From an uncultured cyanobacterium (GTDB lineage: Bacteria; Cyanobacteriota; Cyanobacteriia; Cyanobacteriales; CAWCAG01), in contig CAWCAG010000009.1 of the NCBI GenBank assembly GCA_963793425.1, positions 480,001 to 544,000 on the forward strand: a stretch of 64,000 nt of DNA, given 5' to 3'. Made by a program: the position numbers and the translations under genes. The notes below the pieces were generated by a model. That model ran no database searches and had not been told where the DNA came from. It saw nothing but the letters and a program-made list of their open reading frames with translations. Positions 1-7,930 of this stretch are shown here, one piece after another (the first letter of the stretch is position 1; each line of letters begins with the position of its first letter).

Positions 1-2
1 AA

Positions 3-485
3 CTCATAGCCCTGAATAAACAGGTCAAATTATATAGCTCTGATTCTTACCTGCAACCCCTCGTTCTTGAAGATACAGATATTGCTGTCGGTTGGTCTAC
101 AGATTTTCTTTCTTTAAAAGCTAGTTACCCTAACATTGAAGTGGTTATACCCAATTCAGGAACTGCTCTTTGGGCAGATGTTTGGGTAAACCCTGTTTCT
201 TCTCAAAACAGTAATTCTGATACCACTGCTGCCCCTTCTGTTTTAGAAAAATGGCTGAATTTTTGCTGGGAATCTCAATCGGCACAGCAAATTTCTTTGT
301 TTACTTCTGGTTCATCTCCTATGTTAAGAACTATCGATAAAGAAAAATTACCTGCTGCTTTAAGTAACAATCCTCTGGCATTACCCAAAGAAAGTATTTG
401 GCAACAAAGTGAATTTCTCTTACCTCTTTCAACAAAAACTACACAACAGTACGAATTCCTATGGCAAGAAATAAGGGAAAATTAA
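3..485 (+). CDS. Extracellular solute-binding protein, polyamine (PotD-like) family; 3' part only, runs off the window start
   Basis: Frame open from base 3 (LIALNKQVKLYSSDSYLQPLVLEDTDIAVGWSTD...VVIPNSGTALWADVWV...SEFLLPL), typical of the cyanobacterial PotD-like C-terminus. Confidence 0.7.
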   Translation, partial: LIALNKQVKLYSSDSYLQPLVLEDTDIAVGWSTDFLSLKASYPNIEVVIPNSGTALWADVWVNPVSSQNSNSDTTAAPSVLEKWLNFCWESQSAQQISLFTSGSSPMLRTIDKEKLPAALSNNPLALPKESIWQQSEFLLPLSTKTTQQYEFLWQEIREN

Positions 486-499
486 TCAATGTTCAATGA

Positions 500-706
500 T
501 TAAGCTAGCTTCAAAGAATTAACAGGAACTTCATCCCAAGATTCTACCGTTCTTAAACGAGCAATCCAACCGGCCGATTTTTGTTGTTGGGTAAGGTTTT
601 CATCAAAAGACTGATGACAAGCTTGGGCTAATTCCTGATTGCAACTAGCAATGCAGCAATAAAGTAAACCGGAAGGATCTATTTGTTCATTTACCCAAAT
701 GATCAT
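500..706 (-). CDS. Small conserved cyanobacterial hypothetical protein (68 aa)
   Basis: MIIWVNEQIDPSG...GW.ARLRTVESWDEVPVNSLKL pattern recalled from cyanobacterial small proteins; 9 bp downstream of the GNAT gene. Confidence 0.7.
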   Translation of the reverse strand: MIIWVNEQIDPSGLLYCCIASCNQELAQACHQSFDENLTQQQKSAGWIARLRTVESWDEVPVNSLKLA

Positions 707-715
707 AAGTATTGC

Positions 716-1216
716 TTAATCTCCTAATTTATTAGTATTCGCCGCTAATTGAGGGAGTCCTTCCCTAGTAACCCGGCAAATTCTCCACTCTTCCATAATC
801 GCAGCTCCTAAGCTTCTGTAAAAGGCGATCGCAGGTTGATTCCAATCTAAAACACTCCATTCTAAACGCCCTACATTCCTCTCCACTGCAAGTTTGGCGA
901 CATAACTCAATAAGGCTTTACCAATACCTTGGCGGCGATAAGCAGGGAGAACAAAGATATCTTCTATATAAATACCTGGTTTTGTCAAAAAGGTTGAGTA
1001 GTTGGCAAAGAACAAAGCAAATCCAACCAGTTTCCCTTCCTCTTCAGCAACAATTGCTTCTGCATAAGGTTTTGCACCAAACAGATGCTCTTGGAGAGAT
1101 TCCGGAGTTCCTGTCACCAAATGGGAGAGTTTTTCGTAGGCGGCTAAAGCTTCAATTAAGCTAAAGAGAGTAGGAATATCTGCGGGAGTTGCCAGCCGAA
1201 TAAGCTTATCTGTCAT
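716..1216 (-). CDS. GNAT N-acetyltransferase, diamine/spermidine acetyltransferase (SSAT)-like
   Basis: LAAYEKL, YSTF..KPGIYIEDIFV, RRQGIGKALL acetyl-CoA motif, EWSVLDWN.PAI.FY. Confidence 0.85.
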   Translation of the reverse strand: MTDKLIRLATPADIPTLFSLIEALAAYEKLSHLVTGTPESLQEHLFGAKPYAEAIVAEEEGKLVGFALFFANYSTFLTKPGIYIEDIFVLPAYRRQGIGKALLSYVAKLAVERNVGRLEWSVLDWNQPAIAFYRSLGAAIMEEWRICRVTREGLPQLAANTNKLGD

Positions 1217-1256
1217 TGAGATAGTAGTGGCGTGATACGCCTAAAATATTGCAATA

Positions 1257-1318
1257 GTAGGGGCGGGTTTGGAGTCAAATTGTGAGATCAATATTAAACT
1301 AAATAAACCCGCCCTAAC
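1257..1318. repeat. GTAG-type REP/REPIN-like inverted repeat
   Basis: GTAGGGGCGGGTTT ... AAACCCGCCCTAAC arms around an AT-rich spacer. Confidence 0.7.
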
Positions 1319-1392
1319 ACACAATTTTAGCTGGGTTAGGCTAATAGTTTTTAATAAAATAAAGATTGATTTTAAAATTTTAACTACAAACT

Positions 1393-2202
1393 ATGTCGGA
1401 TTACCAACAACAAGTAATCAATTTTTTTAACAGAAGAAGTGCTTACGATGCAGAAGGGGATAAACATCCCAGAGAAGCCAAACTTTTGCTAGAATCAGTT
1501 CCTATTCTATCTGGACAAAAAATCCTTGATCTTGCCACTGGAACTGGCTTAGTAGCTATATCTGCCGCGAAAAAAGTTGCTGAAAAAGGTTCAGTAATTG
1601 GTGTTGATATGTCATCGGGTATGTTGGCTCAAGCTCAAAGCAAGATCGCCGCTGAGGGATTGAATAATATCGAATTGATTGAAGCGGACGTAGAGTCAAT
1701 TAATTTTGCAACAGAACAGTTTGATATTATCTTTTGCTGTTCTGCAATCACTTACTTTAGAGATATTCCGGCAATTCTTAATCAATGTTATCGCTGGCTC
1801 AAAACAGAAGGTTATTTGGCTTTCACTTGTCCTTATAAAACCTCTTATATGGCGCAAATAAAAGTCAGAATCTGCCAGGATTTATGGGGAATTGATTTAC
1901 CGCATATCAATAAACCTCTTTGGACTCCTGAACAATGCCGTTTTCTCTTACAAAAGTCTGGTTTTAAGGATATTGTAATTGAGCTTGAGCGCTCTGGGAA
2001 ATATGTCAATAACGATTATGTCTCTGCCTGGGATGGGCAAGATTTTTATCCGAGAGGCAATCCTTTATTAAATTTATCTTCACAACAAAGAGAGCTACTA
2101 CAGGCTGAGTATAAAAGCGCGATCGCAGAGTTAGTCACTGAACAAGGTGTTTGGCAAGATTCAAGTACTTTGTATGTTAAAGCCCGCAAGGGAAGTATTT
2201 AA
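1393..2202 (+). CDS. Class I SAM-dependent methyltransferase (UbiE-like fold)
   Basis: ILDLATGTG motif I, GVDMSSGML, FDIIFC. Confidence 0.85.
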   Translation: MSDYQQQVINFFNRRSAYDAEGDKHPREAKLLLESVPILSGQKILDLATGTGLVAISAAKKVAEKGSVIGVDMSSGMLAQAQSKIAAEGLNNIELIEADVESINFATEQFDIIFCCSAITYFRDIPAILNQCYRWLKTEGYLAFTCPYKTSYMAQIKVRICQDLWGIDLPHINKPLWTPEQCRFLLQKSGFKDIVIELERSGKYVNNDYVSAWDGQDFYPRGNPLLNLSSQQRELLQAEYKSAIAELVTEQGVWQDSSTLYVKARKGSI

Positions 2203-2213
2203 TTAACAAGGAT

Positions 2214-2666
2214 TTATTTTTGAGAAATAGATTTAACTTCATGGAGTAAATTCTGCAGCAAGCATTTTGGATCATAGAGAATTCGACATCCATTATTAAC
2301 AACACGAAATGTCCCTATTTCTAAAGGGTTAATAGATGCCCAGGAAAGAAAGCCAAAACTAAACTCAATTTCTGTCTGATTTGTAAAGTAAATATGGCGT
2401 GACCAAACTACACCATAATTAATATCTTCCCAAGCTTTAATAGTTAAATCAAGATATTGCCAATCAATTTCCTTAATCCAGGTTTGGCTATTTTTAAATA
2501 TTAAAGGGTCTGGGGTCAAAAACATAAGGTCAATATCTGAATCAAACCTAAAATCCCCCTTGGCATAAGAACCAACTAATGCTAAAGCAATAATATTTAC
2601 ATCCATAGAAGCCCACTGAGTTACTTGTGCTAGTATCGGCTCTATTTTTTGCTGAAGAGATTGCAT
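2214..2666 (-). CDS. Nucleotidyltransferase-domain protein (Pol-beta superfamily)
   Basis: LVGSYAKG....DSDIDL motif (GS...DxD). Confidence 0.8.
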   Translation of the reverse strand: MQSLQQKIEPILAQVTQWASMDVNIIALALVGSYAKGDFRFDSDIDLMFLTPDPLIFKNSQTWIKEIDWQYLDLTIKAWEDINYGVVWSRHIYFTNQTEIEFSFGFLSWASINPLEIGTFRVVNNGCRILYDPKCLLQNLLHEVKSISQK

Positions 2667-2701
2667 TACTTATACCATAATTGGATGGGTAATCAGCCAT
2701 G

Positions 2702-2754
2702 AAAAAAGCCCTAGAGTTAAAAAACTCCAGAGCTTAACCAGGGTGCATCTACCA
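2702..2754 (-). ncRNA. nsiR1: NsiR1-like small RNA (about 53 nt)
   Basis: Minus strand reads TGGTAGATGCACCCTGGTTAAGCTCTGGAGTTTTTTAACTCTAGGGCTTTTTT. The 5' part matches the NsiR1 conserved motif as I recall it; it is followed by a 10-bp stem that closes with G:U pairs only on this strand and a U-tract; DIF1-type promoter upstream. Confidence 0.7.
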
Positions 2755-2763
2755 CTTCTTTAT

Positions 2764-2790
2764 TACTTCCCTTTAAGCCTCATATCCGGA
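2764..2790 (-). promoter_or_regulatory. DIF1-type promoter (TCCGGA-N18-GTA)
   Basis: TCCGGA at 2785-2790, exactly 18 nt, then GTA (2766-2764 on minus); sits at about -35 relative to the sRNA 5' end. Confidence 0.65.
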
Positions 2791-2878
2791 ACACTTTGCC
2801 TAAATTCGAGAAAATTGCCTTTTACTCTGTCTACCACTAAATGTTAAATATTAAATGTTAAACCTTAAATAATATTCC

Positions 2879-3676
2879 ATGGCCTCATCATCTTCTTTAC
2901 TCCCAGCAGTTTATATTATTGGTGCTGGTCCTGGCGATCCTGATTTATTAACTGTTAAAGCCCTAAAAATTTTGCAGCAGGCAGATATAATCTTAGTTGC
3001 GGATTCTTTGGTTCCCAAACAGATTTGGCAAGGTGTACGTCCTGATGTGGAGTTGGTACGTACTGGAAATAAAACCTTAGAAGAAATTTTACCTTTGATG
3101 ATTGAGGGAGTAAGAGCTAATCGTGTTGTGGTACGCTTGCACTCTGGGGATCTCAGTCTCTACAGTGCCATTCACGAACAAATGAATGCTTTAACAGAAG
3201 CAGGAATTCCTTTTGAATTAGTCCCAGGAATCAGCGCTTTTCAAGCCGCCGCAGCAAAACTACAAACGGAATTAACAGTACCGGACTTAGTACAGACAAT
3301 TATTTTAACCCGCATTAGTGGCCGTGCTTCTGCTGTACCAGAGTCAGAAGATTTAGCTTCTTTAGCAGCCCACAAAGGGAGTCTTTGCCTTTATCTGGCT
3401 GCCCGTCATGTCGAAGCGGCAGAAGAAAAGTTACTCCAGCATTATCCCCCAGATACCCCCGTAGCTATCTGTTTTCGTATAGGTTGGCCAGATGAAAAGA
3501 TATTTTTAGTTACTCTTGAGGAAATGGCTAAAGTTACTCAAGAAAAACAGTTAATTCGGACTACTCTTTATCTCATTAGTCCTGCTTTAAAAACAGATCA
3601 AAAAGTGCGATCCCAGCTTTATCATCCAGAACATTCTCATCTATTTCGTTCCCCTCAAGGGAGCGATATAGTATGA
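2879..3676 (+). CDS. cobM: Precorrin-4 C11-methyltransferase
   Basis: IGAGPGDPDLLTVK, RLHSGDLSLYSAI.EQ, VPGISAFQAAAA, ELTVP.LVQTIILTR, RS.LY.P. Confidence 0.95.
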   Translation: MASSSSLLPAVYIIGAGPGDPDLLTVKALKILQQADIILVADSLVPKQIWQGVRPDVELVRTGNKTLEEILPLMIEGVRANRVVVRLHSGDLSLYSAIHEQMNALTEAGIPFELVPGISAFQAAAAKLQTELTVPDLVQTIILTRISGRASAVPESEDLASLAAHKGSLCLYLAARHVEAAEEKLLQHYPPDTPVAICFRIGWPDEKIFLVTLEEMAKVTQEKQLIRTTLYLISPALKTDQKVRSQLYHPEHSHLFRSPQGSDIV

Positions 3677-4149
3677 CTAAGATTTTAAGTTTAGCTCTAA
3701 TCCTACTTTGCAGTGGATGTTCAACAACTAATGAGTCAAAAAAACCTCAACCTGTTTTAGCGAAAAACAACTCTGCCCAAGTTTTGGCAGTTGAAGCTAC
3801 AGGAGAAGCTAATAATTACACCTTTGCTGTTACAGTTAGTAGCCCCGATAGTGGATGCGATCGCTATGCTGACTGGTGGGAAGTAATTACCCCCGATGAA
3901 AAACTATTGTATCGCCGAGTTTTGTTACACTCTCATGTAGAAGAACAACCATTCACACGCACAGGAGGTACTGTAGCAATTCAACCCCAACAAGAGGTAA
4001 TTGTCCGAGTCCATATGTCCCCCGATGGTTATAGTGCAAATGCTCAAAAAGGAACAGTTAAAGATGGATTTTCTGAGGTAACTTTACCCACAGATTTTGC
4101 CAATTCTCTGGCGAATCTCGAACCATTACCAAGCAATTGTACTTTTTGA
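3673..4149 (+). CDS. Conserved hypothetical lipoprotein
   Basis: Signal peptide with lipobox-like CSGC; D.GCDRYADWWEV and RVLLHSHVEEQPF motifs; ATGA overlap with cobM. Confidence 0.75.
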   Translation: MTKILSLALILLCSGCSTTNESKKPQPVLAKNNSAQVLAVEATGEANNYTFAVTVSSPDSGCDRYADWWEVITPDEKLLYRRVLLHSHVEEQPFTRTGGTVAIQPQQEVIVRVHMSPDGYSANAQKGTVKDGFSEVTLPTDFANSLANLEPLPSNCTF

Positions 4150-4156
4150 AATATGC

Positions 4157-5098
4157 TTAACGTTCAATGACATCTTTTGCAAAAGTACGTTCGCTTAAAA
4201 CCCCTAAACCAGCCCCTGCTAATTCTGCCAAAATACTTACCATCCGAAATATTGCTACCACAGTTAAAATTAAACCGGCGGAGACTTGATTGCTGAGCAG
4301 AGCAATAATTGTTGCTTCAAAAATCCCTAAACCCCCTGGCGCACCAGGTACAACTAGCCCCAATAGCCAAGCAAAACTAAAGGCACTCAGGAGTTGTGGT
4401 ACTTGAGAAAGGGTGATGGGAAAAAGAACTAGCAAAGTCAACAGAAAACCGCTACCACGCCAAAGCAGAAAACCTACTTCTCCTAATAAAGGCAAAAGAG
4501 GATAGCCCTCCAGTTTCACTTCACCAGTTTCTGTGACCTTTTTTGAGCGGTTCAAAAACTTAATTACTGGGTTGAGAAACCGGGGGTGAATGCCGCATAA
4601 AACCACTATTAAACCGCCAATTTGTAGGGCAAGGATGGCGGGATTTGGGGCTGTGGAAATGAAGCCCAAGCTCCCACTAAGGAGGGCAATGAGTAAGGCG
4701 GCTGCCGCCATTAAAAGGGGTTCTAAGAGGACACTAAGACTTGCTACCCCCACAGAGCCTCCTGCTTCGGTAATAGCGGAAATACGCCCTGCATAATGCC
4801 AAACGTTGCCTGGTAAATATTTAGCAATATTGGTTTTGAGGTAAACTTCCAAAGCCCAACGTTGAGACACAGGTTGCTTAAAAGCTTTGAGAATCCAAGT
4901 CCATACCCAACCTGACCAAATATGAGCCATTAAGGTAACTACTAAGGCGATTCCGAGAATAGCCCAGCCATGGCCATCAATACGGACTTTTGCTACTTCT
5001 TGCCAACGATCCTTCAAGGTTTGGAGTAAGAAAAATAATGTCCCTCCTAAAATGAACCAGCGCAAGTAGGGCTTGATAGCTGACCAAATTTGTTTCAT
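4157..5098 (-). CDS. Lysylphosphatidylglycerol synthase TM-domain (UPF0104/YbhN, flippase-like) membrane protein
   Basis: NIAKYLPGNVWH..GR and VVPGAPGGLGIFEA motifs, multiple TM helices. Confidence 0.85.
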   Translation of the reverse strand: MKQIWSAIKPYLRWFILGGTLFFLLQTLKDRWQEVAKVRIDGHGWAILGIALVVTLMAHIWSGWVWTWILKAFKQPVSQRWALEVYLKTNIAKYLPGNVWHYAGRISAITEAGGSVGVASLSVLLEPLLMAAAALLIALLSGSLGFISTAPNPAILALQIGGLIVVLCGIHPRFLNPVIKFLNRSKKVTETGEVKLEGYPLLPLLGEVGFLLWRGSGFLLTLLVLFPITLSQVPQLLSAFSFAWLLGLVVPGAPGGLGIFEATIIALLSNQVSAGLILTVVAIFRMVSILAELAGAGLGVLSERTFAKDVIER

Positions 5099-5307
5099 AT
5101 TTTGTAGTAAGTCTCTTAGTTGCCTTTATAGTTTTATTTGCCGAACAACAGCCATCTATCTAAGTGGAGAGGTTATGCTTTCGTTGTTCCTTTTGGGAAA
5201 CAGAGGGGTAATCTATTCACGTTAATCAAGTTGAATGATCCAATAGAATTTAGCAGACTTTGACAATCAGTCTGTAATATCTTTAGGCAGCCTTAAGCAA
5301 AAAAAAA

Positions 5308-5517
5308 TTGATGAACGAAAGCCAAGTACAAAGTGTAAGTTTAGAGTATACCTGTCCACGTTTCTCCCTTATTCTTCCTACTTATAACGAAGAGAAAGGC
5401 ATTTTACCAACCCTAGATCATCTTCAGAATAGTCTGAAAGATTCTGGCTACGAGTATGAGATTATTGCTGTTAATGATGGTTCTGTAGACGGTACAGCAG
5501 AGTTGTTCTCACCCTAG
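5308..5517 (+). pseudogene. Truncated family 2 glycosyltransferase (N-terminal fragment)
   Basis: [10 protein letters not shown]...[13 protein letters not shown] then stops inside a tandem repeat after 69 aa. Confidence 0.75.
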
Positions 5518-5546
5518 CTCCCTAGCTCCCCAGCTCCCCAGCTCCC
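5512..5546. repeat. 8-bp short tandem repeat (CCCYAGCT)x4
   Basis: ccctagct ccctagct ccccagct ccccagct ccc. Confidence 0.85.
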
Positions 5547-6016
5547 TATTTTTTATATTTATGATGGGTAGTTTCTTGGAAAATAGTAATTAAAATTAGA
5601 ATCCAGCCCAGATTAATTAAGACATCAGCTACATTAAAAACGGCAAATTGAATTAATCTAAAATCGAAAAAATCTACAACGTATCCCGCTAAAAATCTAT
5701 CTATACCGTTACCAGCGGCTCCTGCTAAAATACAACCATAACCTAATTGTTCAGTTAACCTTAACTTAGTATTTAATCCTAATAAAACTAAGCCAATACT
5801 AACCAATAAAGAAAGCCAACGTAACCAGCCTCCATCCTCACTAAATAAGCTGAAAGCAGCCCCAGTATTAGTGACATAGGTGAAATGGAATATCCCTGGT
5901 AAGAAAGGAATTGTGTCGCCAATTTCAGAGAAATTCTGTACTACTATATACTTAGTTAGTTGATCTAAAATCAAGCCAGCAATAGCAGTCATCCAGAAAT
6001 AAGGATTTTTGAGCAT
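5546..6016 (-). CDS. lspA: Lipoprotein signal peptidase II
   Basis: DQLTK, NTGAAFS, GAAGNGIDR, VVDF, FNVAD. Confidence 0.95.
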   Translation of the reverse strand: MLKNPYFWMTAIAGLILDQLTKYIVVQNFSEIGDTIPFLPGIFHFTYVTNTGAAFSLFSEDGGWLRWLSLLVSIGLVLLGLNTKLRLTEQLGYGCILAGAAGNGIDRFLAGYVVDFFDFRLIQFAVFNVADVLINLGWILILITIFQETTHHKYKK

Positions 6017-6041
6017 TTAGTACAAAAATAATCTATATAAC

Positions 6042-6671
6042 TCAATAAAACATAATTTTGCGTAGAACAAAAGCAATGACAGTTACAGCGCAAACGACAA
6101 CTATATGTCCTGGCACAAGGTTAATTGAGTAACTCATGATAGCATCCCAAAGCATAATACTTCCGCTTTCAATAGGACGAATAAAGTAAGAAACTATCAA
6201 ATAAGTTAAGCCAGAAATATGAATAGTGAGTAAACCACACAGGCAGCTAAAAGAAAGAGATTCTAACTTTGGTTTGGCTTGGAAAGCAAAAAAACCGCAT
6301 AACCAAGCACCAGGTATAAAGCCAAGTAAGTAACCAAAACTCGGTGATTGAATATACTTTAACCCGCCCCCACCAGTAAAAACCGGTAAGCCAGCTAAAC
6401 CTAAAAATATGTAAGCAATTTGAGAAAGCGCCCCAGCATTTTTCCCTCCCAAACACCCTACTAACAATACAGCCCCCATCTGCAAACTAACATTGAGGGA
6501 ATGAACTGTGATACCTTGGTTTTGCCACTGCCAAGGCATATTAGTAAAAAAAGCTTCAACTAATGTCCCACCGATGGTTAATAATAAACCAATTAAAGCC
6601 CATAGTAATTCGTTGGTTGCAGACACAGTAGGAGTATTGTTTTCTCGGAGGTTGGAGAGACGGTGATTCAC
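6042..6671 (-). CDS. bioY: Biotin transporter BioY
   Basis: SLQ.GAVLL.G, YIFLGLAGLPVF.GGGG, P.FGYLLGF; bioY-lspA tandem. Confidence 0.92.
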   Translation of the reverse strand: MNHRLSNLRENNTPTVSATNELLWALIGLLLTIGGTLVEAFFTNMPWQWQNQGITVHSLNVSLQMGAVLLVGCLGGKNAGALSQIAYIFLGLAGLPVFTGGGGLKYIQSPSFGYLLGFIPGAWLCGFFAFQAKPKLESLSFSCLCGLLTIHISGLTYLIVSYFIRPIESGSIMLWDAIMSYSINLVPGHIVVVCAVTVIAFVLRKIMFY

Positions 6672-6767
6672 TTCCGATTTTCAATTTTATCTATAGAGCA
6701 GGTAAGGCTATAAGCATAGCACTTAAGAGTCGCTATTGTTTAGGTAGGAGGTCGTTACAGTAAATTT

Positions 6768-7124
6768 CTAAGGTTTTTTGGTGACGAACTCTTGCCAACG
6801 GATAATTAAACCAGATTCAAAGTCGATTTTGATGGTGTTATGGTTGCTCTTAGGTTCGCCTGTTACTTGGCTTTCTGCCCAGAACCACTTTACTATAGCG
6901 CGATCGCCTTCTATAACAATTTCCTCCATCGTAATTTCTATACTTCCACAGCTAAGCAGATAAGTTGCTGTAATTTCCCTAACAGCAGCTTTGCCAATGA
7001 TCGGTTGTTGAGAAATGATTATTTCTCCCTCTTCAGCAAATAAAGCAGTAAAAGCTTCTGCATCCTTTTTTTGGCAAGCATCGACAGCTTTTTGAATAAC
7101 AGAATGAATTTCTTTTGGTGTCAT
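6768..7124 (-). CDS. NTF2/SnoaL-like family protein
   Basis: D.EAF.ALFAE.G, G.AAVR, EGDRA.V.W, G.I.RW.E pattern. Confidence 0.75.
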   Translation of the reverse strand: MTPKEIHSVIQKAVDACQKKDAEAFTALFAEEGEIIISQQPIIGKAAVREITATYLLSCGSIEITMEEIVIEGDRAIVKWFWAESQVTGEPKSNHNTIKIDFESGLIIRWQEFVTKKP

Positions 7125-7166
7125 ACTTAATTAGATTTTTTATTATATGCTTGCTATTAAAAGCGA

Positions 7167-7430
7167 TTATTTAGTATTAAATAAGTTGTTGAGCCAGTTT
7201 AGAAAAATACTTGCGATCGCACTATGATCAGATAAAACTTTAGCAGTAATAGCTTGTCCCATGGGCATACCTGGCTTTTCCTGCCAAGCTAGCCAAGTAT
7301 GAATAAAAGCTTTTTGCCGATGGGTTAAAGAATAAAAATTAATCTTTTCTGTTTCTATTTCTGTTAATATCGCCTCTACTTTCTCTCTTAATTCATCTTC
7401 TGAAGGGATCAGATAAGCAACAAAAATAGT
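7167..7430 (-). pseudogene. DUF3226-family protein, C-terminal remnant
   Basis: H.QKAFIHTWLAWQEKPGMPMGQAIT...F.NWL..LF typical of the DUF3226 C-terminus; N-terminal half absent; 5' boundary approximate. Confidence 0.65.
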
Positions 7431-7479
7431 ATTTCCTTTCTTTCTAATTAACTTGACCCCACCAAGATTTACCGTATAC

Positions 7480-7602
7480 TTATCCGAAAGAGGAAGCTTT
7501 TCTATTGTTGTTATTACCAACAAAAAGATTAACTCTCTCCAACCCATCTATATGAAAATCTTCAAAGCAGCGATAGTTTTGAATTGTGAGATCGCGTAAC
7601 AT
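7480..7602 (-). pseudogene. AAA/ABC-type ATPase (AAA_15/AAA_21-like), N-terminal remnant
   Basis: Own translation MLRDLTIQNYRCFEDFHIDGLERVNLFVGNNNNRKASSFG*; the Walker A (normally G.NNSGKTS) is eroded and followed by a stop. Confidence 0.7.
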
Positions 7603-7860
7603 AATTGCCTCTACACTTAATGCGCTATATTTTGATTATTTTAAATTTCGGGTAAATTTTCTAATCACCATATTAGCTTGAAAAGAAAGCACTAGAAAGT
7701 ACAACAATAGCTCTCTATTTTAAATTAATCTAAGTTTTGCGCTCGCATCTCTTTCTACGAATATTTTGAAAGTACTGCAATATTTGTAGCTGAGAATTAC
7801 TGAAGAGCAAGAATACTTTTGAAAAACGGTTTCTAAGCGCGCACCTTTTCCACCATATAC

Positions 7861-7890
7861 ATAATATCATGGCAAGGAATAAAAATGCAA
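7861..7890 (-). promoter_or_regulatory. Putative sigma70-type promoter downstream of dnaG
   Basis: Minus strand TTGCAT-N18-TATTAT with extended -10 TG. Confidence 0.4.
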
Positions 7891-7930
7891 GGCTTTAGAT
7901 CATTTATTTCTAGCAATTAGCCATTAGTAA

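Noticed and set aside
2745..2760. patS-like RGSGR peptide suggested by AGTGGTAGA on the minus strand
   Set aside because: Reads RSGR, not RGSGR, and in-frame stops lie just upstream; better explained as the NsiR1-like 5' end
7167..7547. 126-aa ORF as an intact gene
   Set aside because: Its N-terminal part is an alternative frame of the ATPase remnant; only the C-terminal part resembles DUF3226
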